Assembly (NCBI GenBank): GCA_037308085.1
Contig: CP147779.1
Location: 576,001 to 640,000, forward strand
Direction of reading: 5' to 3'
DNA: 64,000 nucleotides
Source: Promethearchaeati archaeon SRVP18_Atabeyarchaeia-1
GTDB lineage: Archaea > Asgardarchaeota > Atabeyarchaeia > Atabeyarchaeales > Atabeyarchaeaceae
In this document: positions 29,055-39,519 of the stretch, piece by piece
Layout of the letters: the number at the start of each line of letters is the position of its first letter
Numbering within the stretch: position 1 is the stretch's first letter
Notes under the pieces: model-generated
Databases searched by the model: none
Told to the model about the DNA's origin: nothing
Seen by the model: only the letters and a program-made list of their open reading frames with translations
Translations under genes and position numbers: made by a program

Positions 29055-30536
29055 CTAGGCGGTTGCCCGCGGAGACATAGACGCGTACTTATAGCGACTG
29101 GCCTTCCGGGCAGACTCGATCGTCTTCGGATCACAGCGCTTCAACTCACCTTCAGGAAACGCCGACAACAAATCCCAACCAAGATCCAAAGTCTGCTCAA
29201 TGCTGCGATCCTCGTATTCCCCTTGACTAATAAACTTGCGCTCAAAGGTGTCAGCAAACTTCAGGTAGAGCTTGTCCCTATCAGTCAAAGCCTCCTCACC
29301 AATAACGGCAACCAAATCACGGAGATCCATACCCTCACTAAAAGCATAGTAAAGCTGATCCGACACTTCACGATGATCCTCACGCGTATGCCTAGTCCCA
29401 TCCTTCTCGACACCGATGCCCTCTTTCATTAGGCGACTCAGAGAAGGACGCGGATCCATCGGAGGGTAGATGCCCTTGTGGTGTAATGCCTCAGAAATAA
29501 TCAGTTGTCCCTCAGTGATATAACCGGTAAGGTCGGGAACGGGATTCGTAATGTCCCCGTGGGGCATCGTGAGGACGGGCATTTGTGTGATGGTGCCTTT
29601 TCTGCCTTGTATTCTTCCTGCTCTTTCGTAGATGGTGGCGAGGTCTGTGTAGAGGTATCCGGGGTATCCTCTTCTTCCTGGGACTTCTTCTCTTGCTGCG
29701 CTTATTTCTCGTAGGGCTTCTGCGTAGTTGGTCATGTCTGTTAGGATGACGAGTATGTGTAGGTTTTGTTGGTATGCGAGGTATTCTGCGGTGGTGAGTG
29801 CGCATCTGGGTGTTATGATGCGTTCGATGGCTGGGTCGTCTGCGAGGTTTAGGAAGAGGGTGCATCTTTCTAGTGCGCCGGTGCGTTCGAAGTCTTTGCG
29901 GAAGTATTGGGCTTCTTCTGCGGTGATGCCCATGGCTGCGAAGATTACTGCGAATTGTTCTTCTTTGCCGAGTACTTTGGCTTGTCTGGCTATTTGTGCT
30001 GCTATGCGGTTGTGTGGGAGTCCTGCTCCGCTGAAGAGTGGTAGTTTTTGTCCGCGGACGAGGCTGTTCATGCCGTCGATGGTGCTGATGCCGGTTTGTA
30101 TGAATTCTCTGGGGTAGGCTCTTGCGTCGGGGTTGATGGGGCTGCCGTTTATGTCCCACATGTCTTCGGGGATGATTGGTGGGCCGTTGTCGATGGGTTC
30201 GCCTGAGCCGTCGAGTATTCTTCCGAGGATGTCTGTTGTGACCGGGATCTTTAGCGTTTCTCCTGTGAATCTGGCTGTGGTGTTCTTCGTGTCGAGTCCT
30301 GTTGTTCCCTCGAAGACTTGGACGATGGCTTTTCCTCGCCCTACTTCGAGGACTGTGCCTTTTCTCTTTTCTCCGTCCGGTGTTTCGATGTTGACGAGTT
30401 CGTTGAAGGACACGCCTTCTACGTTTTGAAGTATTATTAGTGGTCCCTTGACTTCGGTTACTGTCCTGTAGGTTCTCTTGGTGTAGAGGTCGGACGTTGC
30501 GGTCCGTGGTTCTGATTCTTCTCTTGCTGTCTTCAT
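29055..30536 (-). CDS. atpB: A/V-type ATP synthase subunit B
   Basis: [66 protein letters not shown]. Confidence 0.98.
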   Translation of the reverse strand: MKTAREESEPRTATSDLYTKRTYRTVTEVKGPLIILQNVEGVSFNELVNIETPDGEKRKGTVLEVGRGKAIVQVFEGTTGLDTKNTTARFTGETLKIPVTTDILGRILDGSGEPIDNGPPIIPEDMWDINGSPINPDARAYPREFIQTGISTIDGMNSLVRGQKLPLFSGAGLPHNRIAAQIARQAKVLGKEEQFAVIFAAMGITAEEAQYFRKDFERTGALERCTLFLNLADDPAIERIITPRCALTTAEYLAYQQNLHILVILTDMTNYAEALREISAAREEVPGRRGYPGYLYTDLATIYERAGRIQGRKGTITQMPVLTMPHGDITNPVPDLTGYITEGQLIISEALHHKGIYPPMDPRPSLSRLMKEGIGVEKDGTRHTREDHREVSDQLYYAFSEGMDLRDLVAVIGEEALTDRDKLYLKFADTFERKFISQGEYEDRSIEQTLDLGWDLLSAFPEGELKRCDPKTIESARKASRYKYASMSPRATA

Positions 30537-30640
30537 TGGCGGGTTCTCCTCTTCTTCATCTTTTCTTCTTCTGTTCCGCGGGGTGGATGATGCAGGTGGG
30601 TCATCTAGTGATTCGCTAATCGGTTGGTTGGTTGCGTGTG

Positions 30641-30650
30641 TTATATAATC
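30641..30650 (-). promoter_or_regulatory. TATA box for atpB
   Basis: The minus strand reads CACAAGGATTATATAA about 105 nt upstream of the atpB start. Confidence 0.5.
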
Positions 30651-30734
30651 CTTGTGGTGTCGGGTTTTGCCTATTCTTGTCAGGCGTCGCGCCGTGCTGC
30701 GTCTCGTCGGCGTGATTTCGGTTCTGACCTCGGC

Positions 30735-33700
30735 CTAGAGGGCCGTCCTGTCAGTTATGTGGTTTGCGAGTTTGTCGGTTTCATCTTCGCTGAAGTGCAT
30801 GACCACTACTCCGGGTTGATTGATTTGGGCGACCAGGTCTCTGAGTTTCTTGGCGTCCCTTTTCCAAGGTGTGATTATAATCAGCTCTCCTGTTTGCTCG
30901 TATTTTAGTTCCTGCCTTATCCTTGCGAGCTTGGAGATTGCCGTAGTTAGGTCTATGCTGTTGTTCGTCCAGGTTGCGATCACGTGTTGGTTGTCGGTGG
31001 TTGCGAGAAGCTCCATGACTTGGTCTACCCATCTTGTGTTGACTCCCTTGCTGTGTAGATCTCTGTGGATTGCGTCTATGATGTATTCTTGTAGTATGTT
31101 CCTTGCCTCGTGGTCCGCGATTTGGTAGTATATTCTGGTAATGGTTACGGGAACCGTGTAGCTCGGCGCCTTGACTTCGCCGAGAAAACCATTTCTGATG
31201 AGAGGCTCAACCAGATTCCTCAATTCCTGTTGTGTTTGCACGTTGAGCCTCGATTGGAGTTTTGTCTCCTCGACTATCTCCTGCAGGTGCCTGAAGGCTC
31301 CTCTCACTTTGAGCCATGTCTCTTTGTCTTCTGATGCCCGCGGTGATCTGGCCATGGCTTGGTCCGGTGGTTTCCCTGCTTCTGGTTTCTGTAATCGGTT
31401 TGGGAAGACTAGGTTCATCTGGCTAGGCGGAGCTGAGGCTTCAATTCTCCCCGGGGGTGCCAGGGTCGGGAGTGTCTGGTGACTGACGGGGTAGGCTACT
31501 TGGGGGGTGATTGCGGCGCCTAACCTATCCTGTCTCTTTTCTTCTCTTGCCCCCTTCATACTCTCTATTGCTTTTATGGATGTTTTCAGGGCTTCCCTGT
31601 AGTCTCCTGCCTCGTAGGCTTCCTTTGCCATGTTTCTGAGCCTCGCGGTCTCTGGGGGAAGTGGTTCAACGGGTTTGTGTAGCCGGCTGGGGGTCTCCTC
31701 CATTCCGGTGCTTGGCTTCTGGATCTTCGCTTCCGTGTCGTATATTATTGGGTAGTTCATCATGTTGTTTATCATAATGTCTCTCTTCTCAACTTTCGGA
31801 AGATCCATCTCGAGAGTTTTGATCCTGATTGGCTTGGGGAACCTTGGCGTCGTGATTAGCGCCTCTCTCTTCGGCATTGTCTTCAGGTAGCTTGCCTGCT
31901 CTTCGTCCAAGTTGAGCCACTTTGCTGCTCGCTCATTGTCCACCGTGGTTCGAAGAAATATCTTCGTGGCGGCGTTTGCCACTATGTTTTGGCTTATGTT
32001 TGGTCTTTGTGTCGAGACAATTACTCCTTGTCCAGTGGATCTTAGCAGCAGGACCATTTGTTCGGTTATTGTGGTCTCGGCAGTCGTTTTTCTGGCCAGT
32101 ATCTCTGGGACTATGTCGAGGGCATCATCGATCACTAGTATGTGCTTTAGCTCTTGCTGGACCCCTCTTTGCTGAGCCGCCGTGGCCACATACTTGGTGA
32201 TGATATTCGAGATTAGCCGCAAGTCTTCGGCAGTTCCTTTAGCCTTGACTTCGCTGAGATCTATAATTGCCCTCCGTTTGACCAGATCGCCGAAATTCAC
32301 GTTGCTCACGTCATTATCGAAGACGTCGCTTAGGGGAGTTCTAGTAAAAGAGTTCAGGCGATTGAGCAGTGCCTGGATGGTGGAGTTGATCTGGGGCATA
32401 GAACCTATACCGAGTTTCTCTGCATATGTTTTCAGCCAAGCATTGAATCCTTCCCAGCCTCGGGGATGGATGCCAACCTCAGCGACTCTCTCCCTGCCGT
32501 GCCCCCCCTTTTGATCCTGCGCCACATTCGTCCTAGCGTCTTCTGCCTCTGACTTGACGTATGTTACCAGTGCCTCATAGAAGACGCGCTCCATTTGAGC
32601 GCTTAGATCCCTGCTCTGGTCCATGAAGAGAGTTGAGAAGGTTTCCTTCAATATGGTGAAGATCTTCTTTGCGTGTGTCTCGGGATTCTCCATCTGAGGG
32701 TCAAATAGGCATATCCTAAGCGGAGCCATTTCCGATGCCGGTTTGAGGTAGACCACGTTGCTCAGGATCTTAACCAGCGGCTTGTATTCGCCCTTCATTT
32801 CTATTATCGTCCATGCGACGTCGCTGTGCGACACGGACTCAAGCAGCTTCATGATTAACCTGGTTTTTCCGAATCCGGTTTCCCCGAATATCACTGTATG
32901 AAGCATCAAGTCATCCAGTCTCATTCTCATGGGGCAGATTTCATTATCACTCGACATAACCGTGCCAAGCGTGATGTCCCCTTCCTCCAGCTCTTCTCTT
33001 GGAGGGACTTCAAAGTTGGATGCCGTGGTTCTTGGTATTCCAGGCATGCAATCCTCTGGAAGGCTCAACAGCGTCGCCGCCAGTTTCGACGACACCTCCA
33101 TCATGGAAACTCCTGCCCCGCGCCTGAAGAGGATGTTATCAAGCTGCGACTCGATTTTTCTACCTTTGAGTTTCAGGCATTTCACTCTACTTCCCGCACT
33201 CGAGTAGATAGCCTCAATACATGCATCTCCCTTCTCCTGGAAGAGCTTCACATCCTCAGCGCTTCTGCCTCGGTACGCTGCGAAGGCCGAAACCTTCCAG
33301 AATCCGGACAGTTGGGCGCGCCTCTCCTCGTGTGCCTCTGACTTCCTCTCATTAAGTTCAAGCATGACCTTCATGTCAGGTTCGTTTCTTGCCTTCTCAA
33401 TGAGTTTTGCCTCAGGCGTTATGGATGGAGGGTTCGTCGTTTCCAAGCGAATCACTATTGACGCTGTAAGATGCTCCTTCGCGGAAGCCGCTATGAACTG
33501 CTGCGACGGCGCTTGCACCATGTCAGTAGCACCGGGCGATTCAACTTCCCCTTTGAGCGCGCTGACAGCGACATAATGCTCTTCAGAGCCGTCAGTACCA
33601 TCAATTCTCAGGCAACCCTCAGCCCTTTCGTGGGCGCAGCATGGATCTGCCCCCAAGATTGATCCATACCCGAGCCACATCGCATCGCCCTGAAGGAATT

Positions 33701-34496
33701 CAATCTTACAGTGAAATCTCGCTTGAAGCACAGTCTTCAGTACCTCGGCCTTCCGCTCAGCTGATCTTGCTGCGCAGTCAGCGTCGGAATCAGAGGCCGA
33801 TGTGAAGAACTTGATGGACGTTAGACCGTTTTCAACCATGAACTCAGCGCCGAAATCCGGAACATTGCTCCACAACGAAACTAGATAAGAGTATTGCGTA
33901 AATCCCTCAAGTGACGCCCCAGGGTCTTCGACTTGGTCGCGAAGGACTTTACCCCGTCCCATTGTTGTTGAGGAAGGGGGTGACTGGCTAGTAACCTTGA
34001 GAATGCAGAGGGCCACTTTCCTGTGGCTCCTGACGAAGAGAAGGCTTCTCCCACGATAGGACTTCGCGCTGTTCGCTGCGGCTACATAGCTGTGGCTGCT
34101 TGACATCCGGCGCAGGATGAATACACCTGCTAAAGCAGATGACGTGAGTAATCCAAATGAGAGGAGACCCATAGTGAAAATACTGGATCCCGCGCGCAGA
34201 CCTATCACCGGGGAGAATAGGTAAGCGGAAAGCAAGCTTGATGCCGTAGAACTTAGCGCAGTAATCTCCACATAACGTATCTTGCTCCTTGCAGACCGTC
34301 TGCCGAAAAACTCGTACGCAGCCCACCACAGAGCCACAAAGACTGGAATAGTGACAAGCATCCCCGGCAAGTCGCCATAAACTGATGTGGATGCGAAGCC
34401 TTGATCGAGTTGAGCAAGAAGCCTCAAGACAAGTAGGAGAAGCATGTCAGAGGAAACAAGAAGCGCCATAACATTTCTAACGCTAATCGCTGGCAC
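30735..34496 (-). CDS. Membrane-anchored HerA/VirB4-like (DUF87) ATPase
   Basis: N-terminal TM segments, HTVIFGETGFGKT Walker A, ILVIDDA Walker B, RSTGQG...STQRP and N motifs of the FtsK/HerA family. Confidence 0.85.
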   Translation of the reverse strand: MPAISVRNVMALLVSSDMLLLLVLRLLAQLDQGFASTSVYGDLPGMLVTIPVFVALWWAAYEFFGRRSARSKIRYVEITALSSTASSLLSAYLFSPVIGLRAGSSIFTMGLLSFGLLTSSALAGVFILRRMSSSHSYVAAANSAKSYRGRSLLFVRSHRKVALCILKVTSQSPPSSTTMGRGKVLRDQVEDPGASLEGFTQYSYLVSLWSNVPDFGAEFMVENGLTSIKFFTSASDSDADCAARSAERKAEVLKTVLQARFHCKIEFLQGDAMWLGYGSILGADPCCAHERAEGCLRIDGTDGSEEHYVAVSALKGEVESPGATDMVQAPSQQFIAASAKEHLTASIVIRLETTNPPSITPEAKLIEKARNEPDMKVMLELNERKSEAHEERRAQLSGFWKVSAFAAYRGRSAEDVKLFQEKGDACIEAIYSSAGSRVKCLKLKGRKIESQLDNILFRRGAGVSMMEVSSKLAATLLSLPEDCMPGIPRTTASNFEVPPREELEEGDITLGTVMSSDNEICPMRMRLDDLMLHTVIFGETGFGKTRLIMKLLESVSHSDVAWTIIEMKGEYKPLVKILSNVVYLKPASEMAPLRICLFDPQMENPETHAKKIFTILKETFSTLFMDQSRDLSAQMERVFYEALVTYVKSEAEDARTNVAQDQKGGHGRERVAEVGIHPRGWEGFNAWLKTYAEKLGIGSMPQINSTIQALLNRLNSFTRTPLSDVFDNDVSNVNFGDLVKRRAIIDLSEVKAKGTAEDLRLISNIITKYVATAAQQRGVQQELKHILVIDDALDIVPEILARKTTAETTITEQMVLLLRSTGQGVIVSTQRPNISQNIVANAATKIFLRTTVDNERAAKWLNLDEEQASYLKTMPKREALITTPRFPKPIRIKTLEMDLPKVEKRDIMINNMMNYPIIYDTEAKIQKPSTGMEETPSRLHKPVEPLPPETARLRNMAKEAYEAGDYREALKTSIKAIESMKGAREEKRQDRLGAAITPQVAYPVSHQTLPTLAPPGRIEASAPPSQMNLVFPNRLQKPEAGKPPDQAMARSPRASEDKETWLKVRGAFRHLQEIVEETKLQSRLNVQTQQELRNLVEPLIRNGFLGEVKAPSYTVPVTITRIYYQIADHEARNILQEYIIDAIHRDLHSKGVNTRWVDQVMELLATTDNQHVIATWTNNSIDLTTAISKLARIRQELKYEQTGELIIITPWKRDAKKLRDLVAQINQPGVVVMHFSEDETDKLANHITDRTAL

Positions 34497-34620
34497 CCGT
34501 CATTGCAGTATTCAGGCATACTATTAGAACCCCCCCCCTTGAATGGCAAATCTGCAAGAAAAAGAGGTTGACAGAAAAGAGAAAGGGGTATCCGCGAGCG
34601 TCTGAACTCGAAAGAGACTT

Positions 34621-37600
34621 CTATTTTGAAGCAGCTGCACTCTGCGGTGCCTGGCTAACTAGCGACTCGAACTGGCTATCTATCCTCTTTTCTACATCGT
34701 CGAAGACTTCTTTTATCTTGGACTGTTCAACAATCTTAAGCCGAGCCACTTCATCATACACGCTAAGCTTCAGAACCTCGCGTATGGGAACTCCAAGGCT
34801 CACTGCCTTCTTCATGTTTTCGTAGAACTTGACTATTACCCTAAGCAGCCTGTACGACTTCGTTGGATCGCAGTAGGAGTCCACGGGGTGCAGTGCGGAC
34901 TGCATCAAGTAGTCCTCTCTAATCATCCGTGCCGCCTCCAAAACCACCTTCTCAGACTCAGGAAGGGCGTCGGGTCCTACTAGCTGGACGATTTCCTTGA
35001 GTTCCTCTTCCCTCTGCAGCAAAGTCATTGCGCTCTCTCTCAGGTAGATCCACTCAGGGCTAACCTTGGTCTTGAACCACTCCTTCAAGTTATCCAGGTA
35101 CAAACTGTAGCTTTGAAGCCAGTTGATAGCTGGAAAGTGTCTCCTTGAGGCCAAATCCTTGTCGAGCGCCCAAAACACCTTCACTATTCTCAGAGTGTTC
35201 ACGGTAACCGGCTCAGAGAAATCACCGCCAGGTGGACTAACTGCCCCCGTCACGCTGATACTGGCAATTCGCTCTTCTGGGCCAAGGGTTACAACCCTCC
35301 CAGCCCGCTCGTAGAACTCCGACAACCGGCTCGCAAGATAAGCAGGGTAACCCTCTTCTCCAGGCATCTCCTCAAGGCGACCTGATATCTCCCTCAGCGC
35401 CTCAGCCCACCTTGACGTACTATCAGCCATCAGCGCCACATCATAACCCATATCCCTGAAGTACTCAGCCATGGTAATCCCAGTGTAGATGCTCGCCTCC
35501 CTAGCCGCCACCGGCATGTTACTGGTATTCGCTATCAGCACAGTACGATTCATCAGCGGCTCCCCCGACCTCGGATCCTTCAACTTCGGAAACTCCTCAA
35601 GGACCTCAGTCATCTCATTCCCCCTCTCACCACAGCCCACATAAACTATTATCTTGGCGTCAGCCCACTTAGCAAGCTGGTGCAACATCACAGTGTTGTG
35701 AAAAGTAGATGGAACGATGCCGCCGACAAAGTTGTGAGTTCCTTCAACCGTGATATCAAAGACCGGGCTGCTAGCCTCTCTGACGACGATCTTGCGAACA
35801 CGATCGAAGTAGATTTCTTCGGAGGCTTTCAAAACATTCATTATCTTTTCTGCCTCCGTCTGGCGGCCTGCCTCTTTGTTAGCCTCGATTATTTCTCCAA
35901 CACTTCTGAGTGTGTTCAAGGATGGAGTCTCATCCAGCGCCGTGTAGTTTCTAAGCCTAATGCCCTTGGCGCGAAAAACGTCGTAGCCACTCTGATCATT
36001 GCAATCAACAATGACCCTTGACAACAACTGCTTTCCAATAGGCACGACGTCGAGACCTGTGAAGTGTCTGACCTGCCTGCTGGCGTATTCAGAGAGTGGG
36101 CCCAGCTTGGAGTAACTGTATACCCTATTCTCAGTTAGGACTCGATGGAGATGCTCAGCAGACTCTCCGTCTACGTCGACGAGATAATACCCATTCTTGG
36201 TTCGTGAGTGGAACAGCACTCCGAGGCGTGCTAGAAGATAGCTCAGATCGCTGTAAAGTCCCTTGCTCGCCGTACTAAAAGATACAGAATAGCGGTAGAA
36301 TCCTCCGTCTCCAGCAAAATAGCCAGCCAAGAAGTGTGTCAGGTATTCCTCTGGAGCTACTCGAATACAGTAAGGTATTCTCACAGAACATGTTTTATCC
36401 TCTTTCGGAATACCAAGATAATGTAGGAATTTCCGAAGAGGCGTATTGCGGATATATGCGTATGGCGTACGATCGATCGCGTCTTGACCGAACCTGGCTT
36501 TGAAGCCGAAGATACTGAGTGTCAGCTCTCCGAATCGGTTCAAGATCTCTTCAGAAGTATTGTACAGGTACGTTCCTTGGTGGGTTCCTTTTAGGTGGCC
36601 CTCGGCTACGAAAAGACCTAGCCACTCCGCGAGCTCCTTGGTTAGGCACTTGGGAACCCTGAAGGACTTTGATATGGTCTGAGCCTTAACAATTTCGACA
36701 GGGATTCTGGGCACGCCAGCGAATTCGGCCAGTCTGCGTAGGAAGAGTAGGGTCGGCTTGTTCTTGCCTGTCCAGTAGCCAATGAGAACGTCGTAAGAGA
36801 CGCCCAGCTTCTCAGCTATCGTTTTCAGTGGCATACGATCCTTCAGAGCTTGTAGGATGCCCAACATCTCGTCTAGTGCTCTTGCATCAACGGCCCGTAG
36901 ACTTGGAGAGATGTCATAAGGGTCGAAAGTCATGATTCGCCCAGGTATTCGCAGTTTTCTTGGTACTGCAAGATAGTCACCCACTTTGAGGTTCCGAGCT
37001 TCTGTCTCCTCAATAATCTCCCCGTTGAATCTGAACAGTCTATGGACTGGGGTGACCTTCAACTTCCTTCCTGTCCGCGTTGTCACCTCAACGATTGTCT
37101 TGGTCGTTCCCTTGTAGATGTGAGTTGCTTCGGCTGGTCTGTACCTGTCTTCATCGAGGGAAAGAACGCTGATTGGATATCTAAGTTTGACAAGAGACTC
37201 TGTTTCTGAGTCCTCAAGAAGCAAATTGTCCTCCTCAAGTGACTTCTCATATAGTTCCTGGATTCGGATAGTGTCTCCATCTGCCATTAGCACTGGTGTC
37301 TCTCCAGTCACACACTTGCCAGTCCCGAAGCCTCCGGGTATGGCGGCGGTTCCGCCTTTGGCTGTGGGGAAGAAGGTGTCTATGATTCGTTGGCCGGTTA
37401 CGAGGGGGGTGTCGGTGGCGAGTTTGAACTTTATGGGCCTGGCTTTTCGGACGGGCCAGGTTTGTAGGAGAGTTAGATCTTTCTCTTCGCCGTATGCGGT
37501 GCGTATTTTTGCTACGCTGTCTGTAAGCTTGTACTCGTCCTCGGTGGCCACTTCGGTGAGCTCTCCGGATAGGCCATAAGGGACGACTATTCTGTGCTTG

Positions 37601-38040
37601 ACGAGGGTTGTCTCAGGGATTTCTCCAATTATGGAGCCAGGCTCAACTTTACTCCCTTTCTTCAGTAGCGGAGTGAATTTCCACCCAATGTTCTTTGGAA
37701 GTGAGTCTGCGACAACTCCCCTCTTAATGAAATCGCCCACTGCTTCCTTGATTCTAGGCAGTGGTCGTTGAATTCCATCGAAGATCTGGCCTATGAGACC
37801 GGGACCCAGTTCAACTGATAGTGGGCGGCCAGTTGCGACCACGGGTTCTCCTGGCCTGATGCCAGCGGTTTCCTCGTAAACCTGAATCGTGCAGACGTCT
37901 CCCACGATTCTGTTAACCTCTCCAATTAGGCCTTCGTTCCCTACTCTACAGACTTCATACATCTTGACTCCGCGAAGGCCTTCACCATCAACAACGGGTC
38001 CTGACACCCTGACTATCTTGCCTGTGACCTCGGACACCAT
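34621..38040 (-). CDS. atpA: A/V-type ATP synthase subunit A, intein-containing
   Basis: [16 protein letters not shown]|intein|[40 protein letters not shown] before the ATG at 38040. Confidence 0.98.
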   Translation of the reverse strand: MVSEVTGKIVRVSGPVVDGEGLRGVKMYEVCRVGNEGLIGEVNRIVGDVCTIQVYEETAGIRPGEPVVATGRPLSVELGPGLIGQIFDGIQRPLPRIKEAVGDFIKRGVVADSLPKNIGWKFTPLLKKGSKVEPGSIIGEIPETTLVKHRIVVPYGLSGELTEVATEDEYKLTDSVAKIRTAYGEEKDLTLLQTWPVRKARPIKFKLATDTPLVTGQRIIDTFFPTAKGGTAAIPGGFGTGKCVTGETPVLMADGDTIRIQELYEKSLEEDNLLLEDSETESLVKLRYPISVLSLDEDRYRPAEATHIYKGTTKTIVEVTTRTGRKLKVTPVHRLFRFNGEIIEETEARNLKVGDYLAVPRKLRIPGRIMTFDPYDISPSLRAVDARALDEMLGILQALKDRMPLKTIAEKLGVSYDVLIGYWTGKNKPTLLFLRRLAEFAGVPRIPVEIVKAQTISKSFRVPKCLTKELAEWLGLFVAEGHLKGTHQGTYLYNTSEEILNRFGELTLSIFGFKARFGQDAIDRTPYAYIRNTPLRKFLHYLGIPKEDKTCSVRIPYCIRVAPEEYLTHFLAGYFAGDGGFYRYSVSFSTASKGLYSDLSYLLARLGVLFHSRTKNGYYLVDVDGESAEHLHRVLTENRVYSYSKLGPLSEYASRQVRHFTGLDVVPIGKQLLSRVIVDCNDQSGYDVFRAKGIRLRNYTALDETPSLNTLRSVGEIIEANKEAGRQTEAEKIMNVLKASEEIYFDRVRKIVVREASSPVFDITVEGTHNFVGGIVPSTFHNTVMLHQLAKWADAKIIVYVGCGERGNEMTEVLEEFPKLKDPRSGEPLMNRTVLIANTSNMPVAAREASIYTGITMAEYFRDMGYDVALMADSTSRWAEALREISGRLEEMPGEEGYPAYLASRLSEFYERAGRVVTLGPEERIASISVTGAVSPPGGDFSEPVTVNTLRIVKVFWALDKDLASRRHFPAINWLQSYSLYLDNLKEWFKTKVSPEWIYLRESAMTLLQREEELKEIVQLVGPDALPESEKVVLEAARMIREDYLMQSALHPVDSYCDPTKSYRLLRVIVKFYENMKKAVSLGVPIREVLKLSVYDEVARLKIVEQSKIKEVFDDVEKRIDSQFESLVSQAPQSAAASK
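35695..37314 (-). mobile_element. Intein (540 aa) with LAGLIDADG homing endonuclease in the AtpA P-loop (VMA-b-type site)
   Basis: Starts CVTGETPV, block [17 protein letters not shown] and [10 protein letters not shown] motifs, an HTH-like insert, and ends [12 protein letters not shown]...FHN/T. Confidence 0.96.
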
Positions 38041-38358
38041 GTTCACCTCTGGAACGAGTACACTCCGCCAACGAGCCATTGGTGAGGAGATTGGACTACT
38101 CTTAAAACAGTTACGGCAGGTCCGACTTATTTAAGGATTATGAAAAAAGGTTCTGTTACCTCTGCGGTTGATCTGACCGTTTTGTGTGGCTGTTACTTTT
38201 CGGTTGATGGCTTGCGTTCTATTAACTTGCGCTGGAATGGGGTCAGCGGTTAATCGTTGTAGGATGGCTAACATAAATCGGTTGATAAACAGTGACCATT
38301 GACCTCTTAGCGCCAATCTCGGAAGTTTTAAGAAGTAAGTCGATCGAACCTCTATTTT

Positions 38359-39177
38359 ATGAAGATTACGAATCAATACCGAATGATAAGTAGAATAACC
38401 GAGCTTATCGGAAATCTAAAAGAGGTTAATGAAGCCTCAACACATGGTAATAGTGTTGTGCAACTCTCCAGAGTTGAATGGGTTTGTCCCATATCATTTC
38501 TTCCGATTGTGGCTTACGCAAACCATATGAATATCTCAGTTGACTATTCGGGTCATAGCGAAGACATATCTACCTACCTTAATGCAATTGGCTTTCCTAA
38601 CGGTGTAACTGAGTTCACCAGAATGAGGAAGAATCTTCTTCCGATAACACGTGTGCGATGCTCCGATCGTAACGACATCCTGACTTTGTATGAAGACAGA
38701 ATATTGAGCCAGCTTCCACAAGCGCAAAGGCGAGAGGCATTAGGCGGTCTGAAATATCTGACTAGCGAACTAGAAGCGAACGTGCGAGAGCATGCCCACG
38801 TTGACGGTTACTGGGTTTTTGCTCAGTATTGGCGACGCTCAGGGATGTGCGAGATAGGTATTTGTGATACAGGAATCGGATACAAGCAATCGTATGTCGG
38901 AACACCATATGAAGTGACAAGACATATTGATGCAATCGAAAATGCGCTGGGAGGTAAGTCTTCCAAGTTGCCTCGGGAGAGAGGGGCAGGTATCCCGACT
39001 ATTGCTCGTATATTAGCTGAGGGTTATAGAGGTGAGCTAATCATAATGTCAGGAGATTCTCTTTTGCTTTCAGAACGAGGAAGAAGGTCTGGATACAGAT
39101 TTGGCGTCAGTTTGCCAGGCTCATTTGTCGGACTTAGGTTTCGTTTGAGTGGAATTAATATATATAATTTTATATAG
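38359..39177 (+). CDS. GHKL/HATPase_c-like ATP-binding protein
   Basis: ELEANVREHA (N box), ICDTGIG (G1), RGAGI (G2), GSFV. Confidence 0.75.
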   Translation: MKITNQYRMISRITELIGNLKEVNEASTHGNSVVQLSRVEWVCPISFLPIVAYANHMNISVDYSGHSEDISTYLNAIGFPNGVTEFTRMRKNLLPITRVRCSDRNDILTLYEDRILSQLPQAQRREALGGLKYLTSELEANVREHAHVDGYWVFAQYWRRSGMCEIGICDTGIGYKQSYVGTPYEVTRHIDAIENALGGKSSKLPRERGAGIPTIARILAEGYRGELIIMSGDSLLLSERGRRSGYRFGVSLPGSFVGLRFRLSGINIYNFI

Positions 39178-39198
39178 AGATAATCAGGAAAGGGTACC

Positions 39199-39519
39199 AT
39201 GGATAATGTGAGAGAGAGGAATATGGAGATAAAGTTGCGCGATATGCTGGGTACGGGCACGTTAAGGGATAGAGAAACAGCTCTCTTCGTACTGAAAGAG
39301 ATTTCGCAAATTCCCGAGACATGCCCAGTTGAAATTGATTTTGCTAGTATTGATTTTGCTTCTAGGTCATTCCTTCATGAATTACTCATAGGCTTGAAAT
39401 GCAGAAGGAATGTTAGCTTTCAGAATCTGAACAATGAAGTCAAGAATATGATGAATGTCTCGCTAAGAAAACCAAATGTTGCACCGAGCAGCCCCACAAA
39501 GATTACGGTGATTGGTTAG
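39199..39519 (+). CDS. STAS-like (DUF4325-type) protein
   Basis: VEIDFASIDFASRSFLHEL STAS-like motif, paired with the HATPase gene. Confidence 0.75.
   Translation: MDNVRERNMEIKLRDMLGTGTLRDRETALFVLKEISQIPETCPVEIDFASIDFASRSFLHELLIGLKCRRNVSFQNLNNEVKNMMNVSLRKPNVAPSSPTKITVIG

Noticed and set aside
29127-29133. GATC in every repeat core as evidence of Dam-controlled recombination
   Set aside because: It is explained by the Asp-Pro codons (GAT CCN) and GATC is common in the window. There is no independent support.
18319-29190. CRISPR array or classical integron attC sites as the explanation of the repeats
   Set aside because: Spacing is 1.3-5 kb, the repeats are diverged protein-coding sequence, there is no attC-like inverted structure, and no cas or intI gene is visible.
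29512-30159. 215-aa Arg/His/Pro-rich alternative-frame ORF within atpB
   Set aside because: A by-product of the extreme A/C-ending codon bias, which removes stop codons from the shifted frame.
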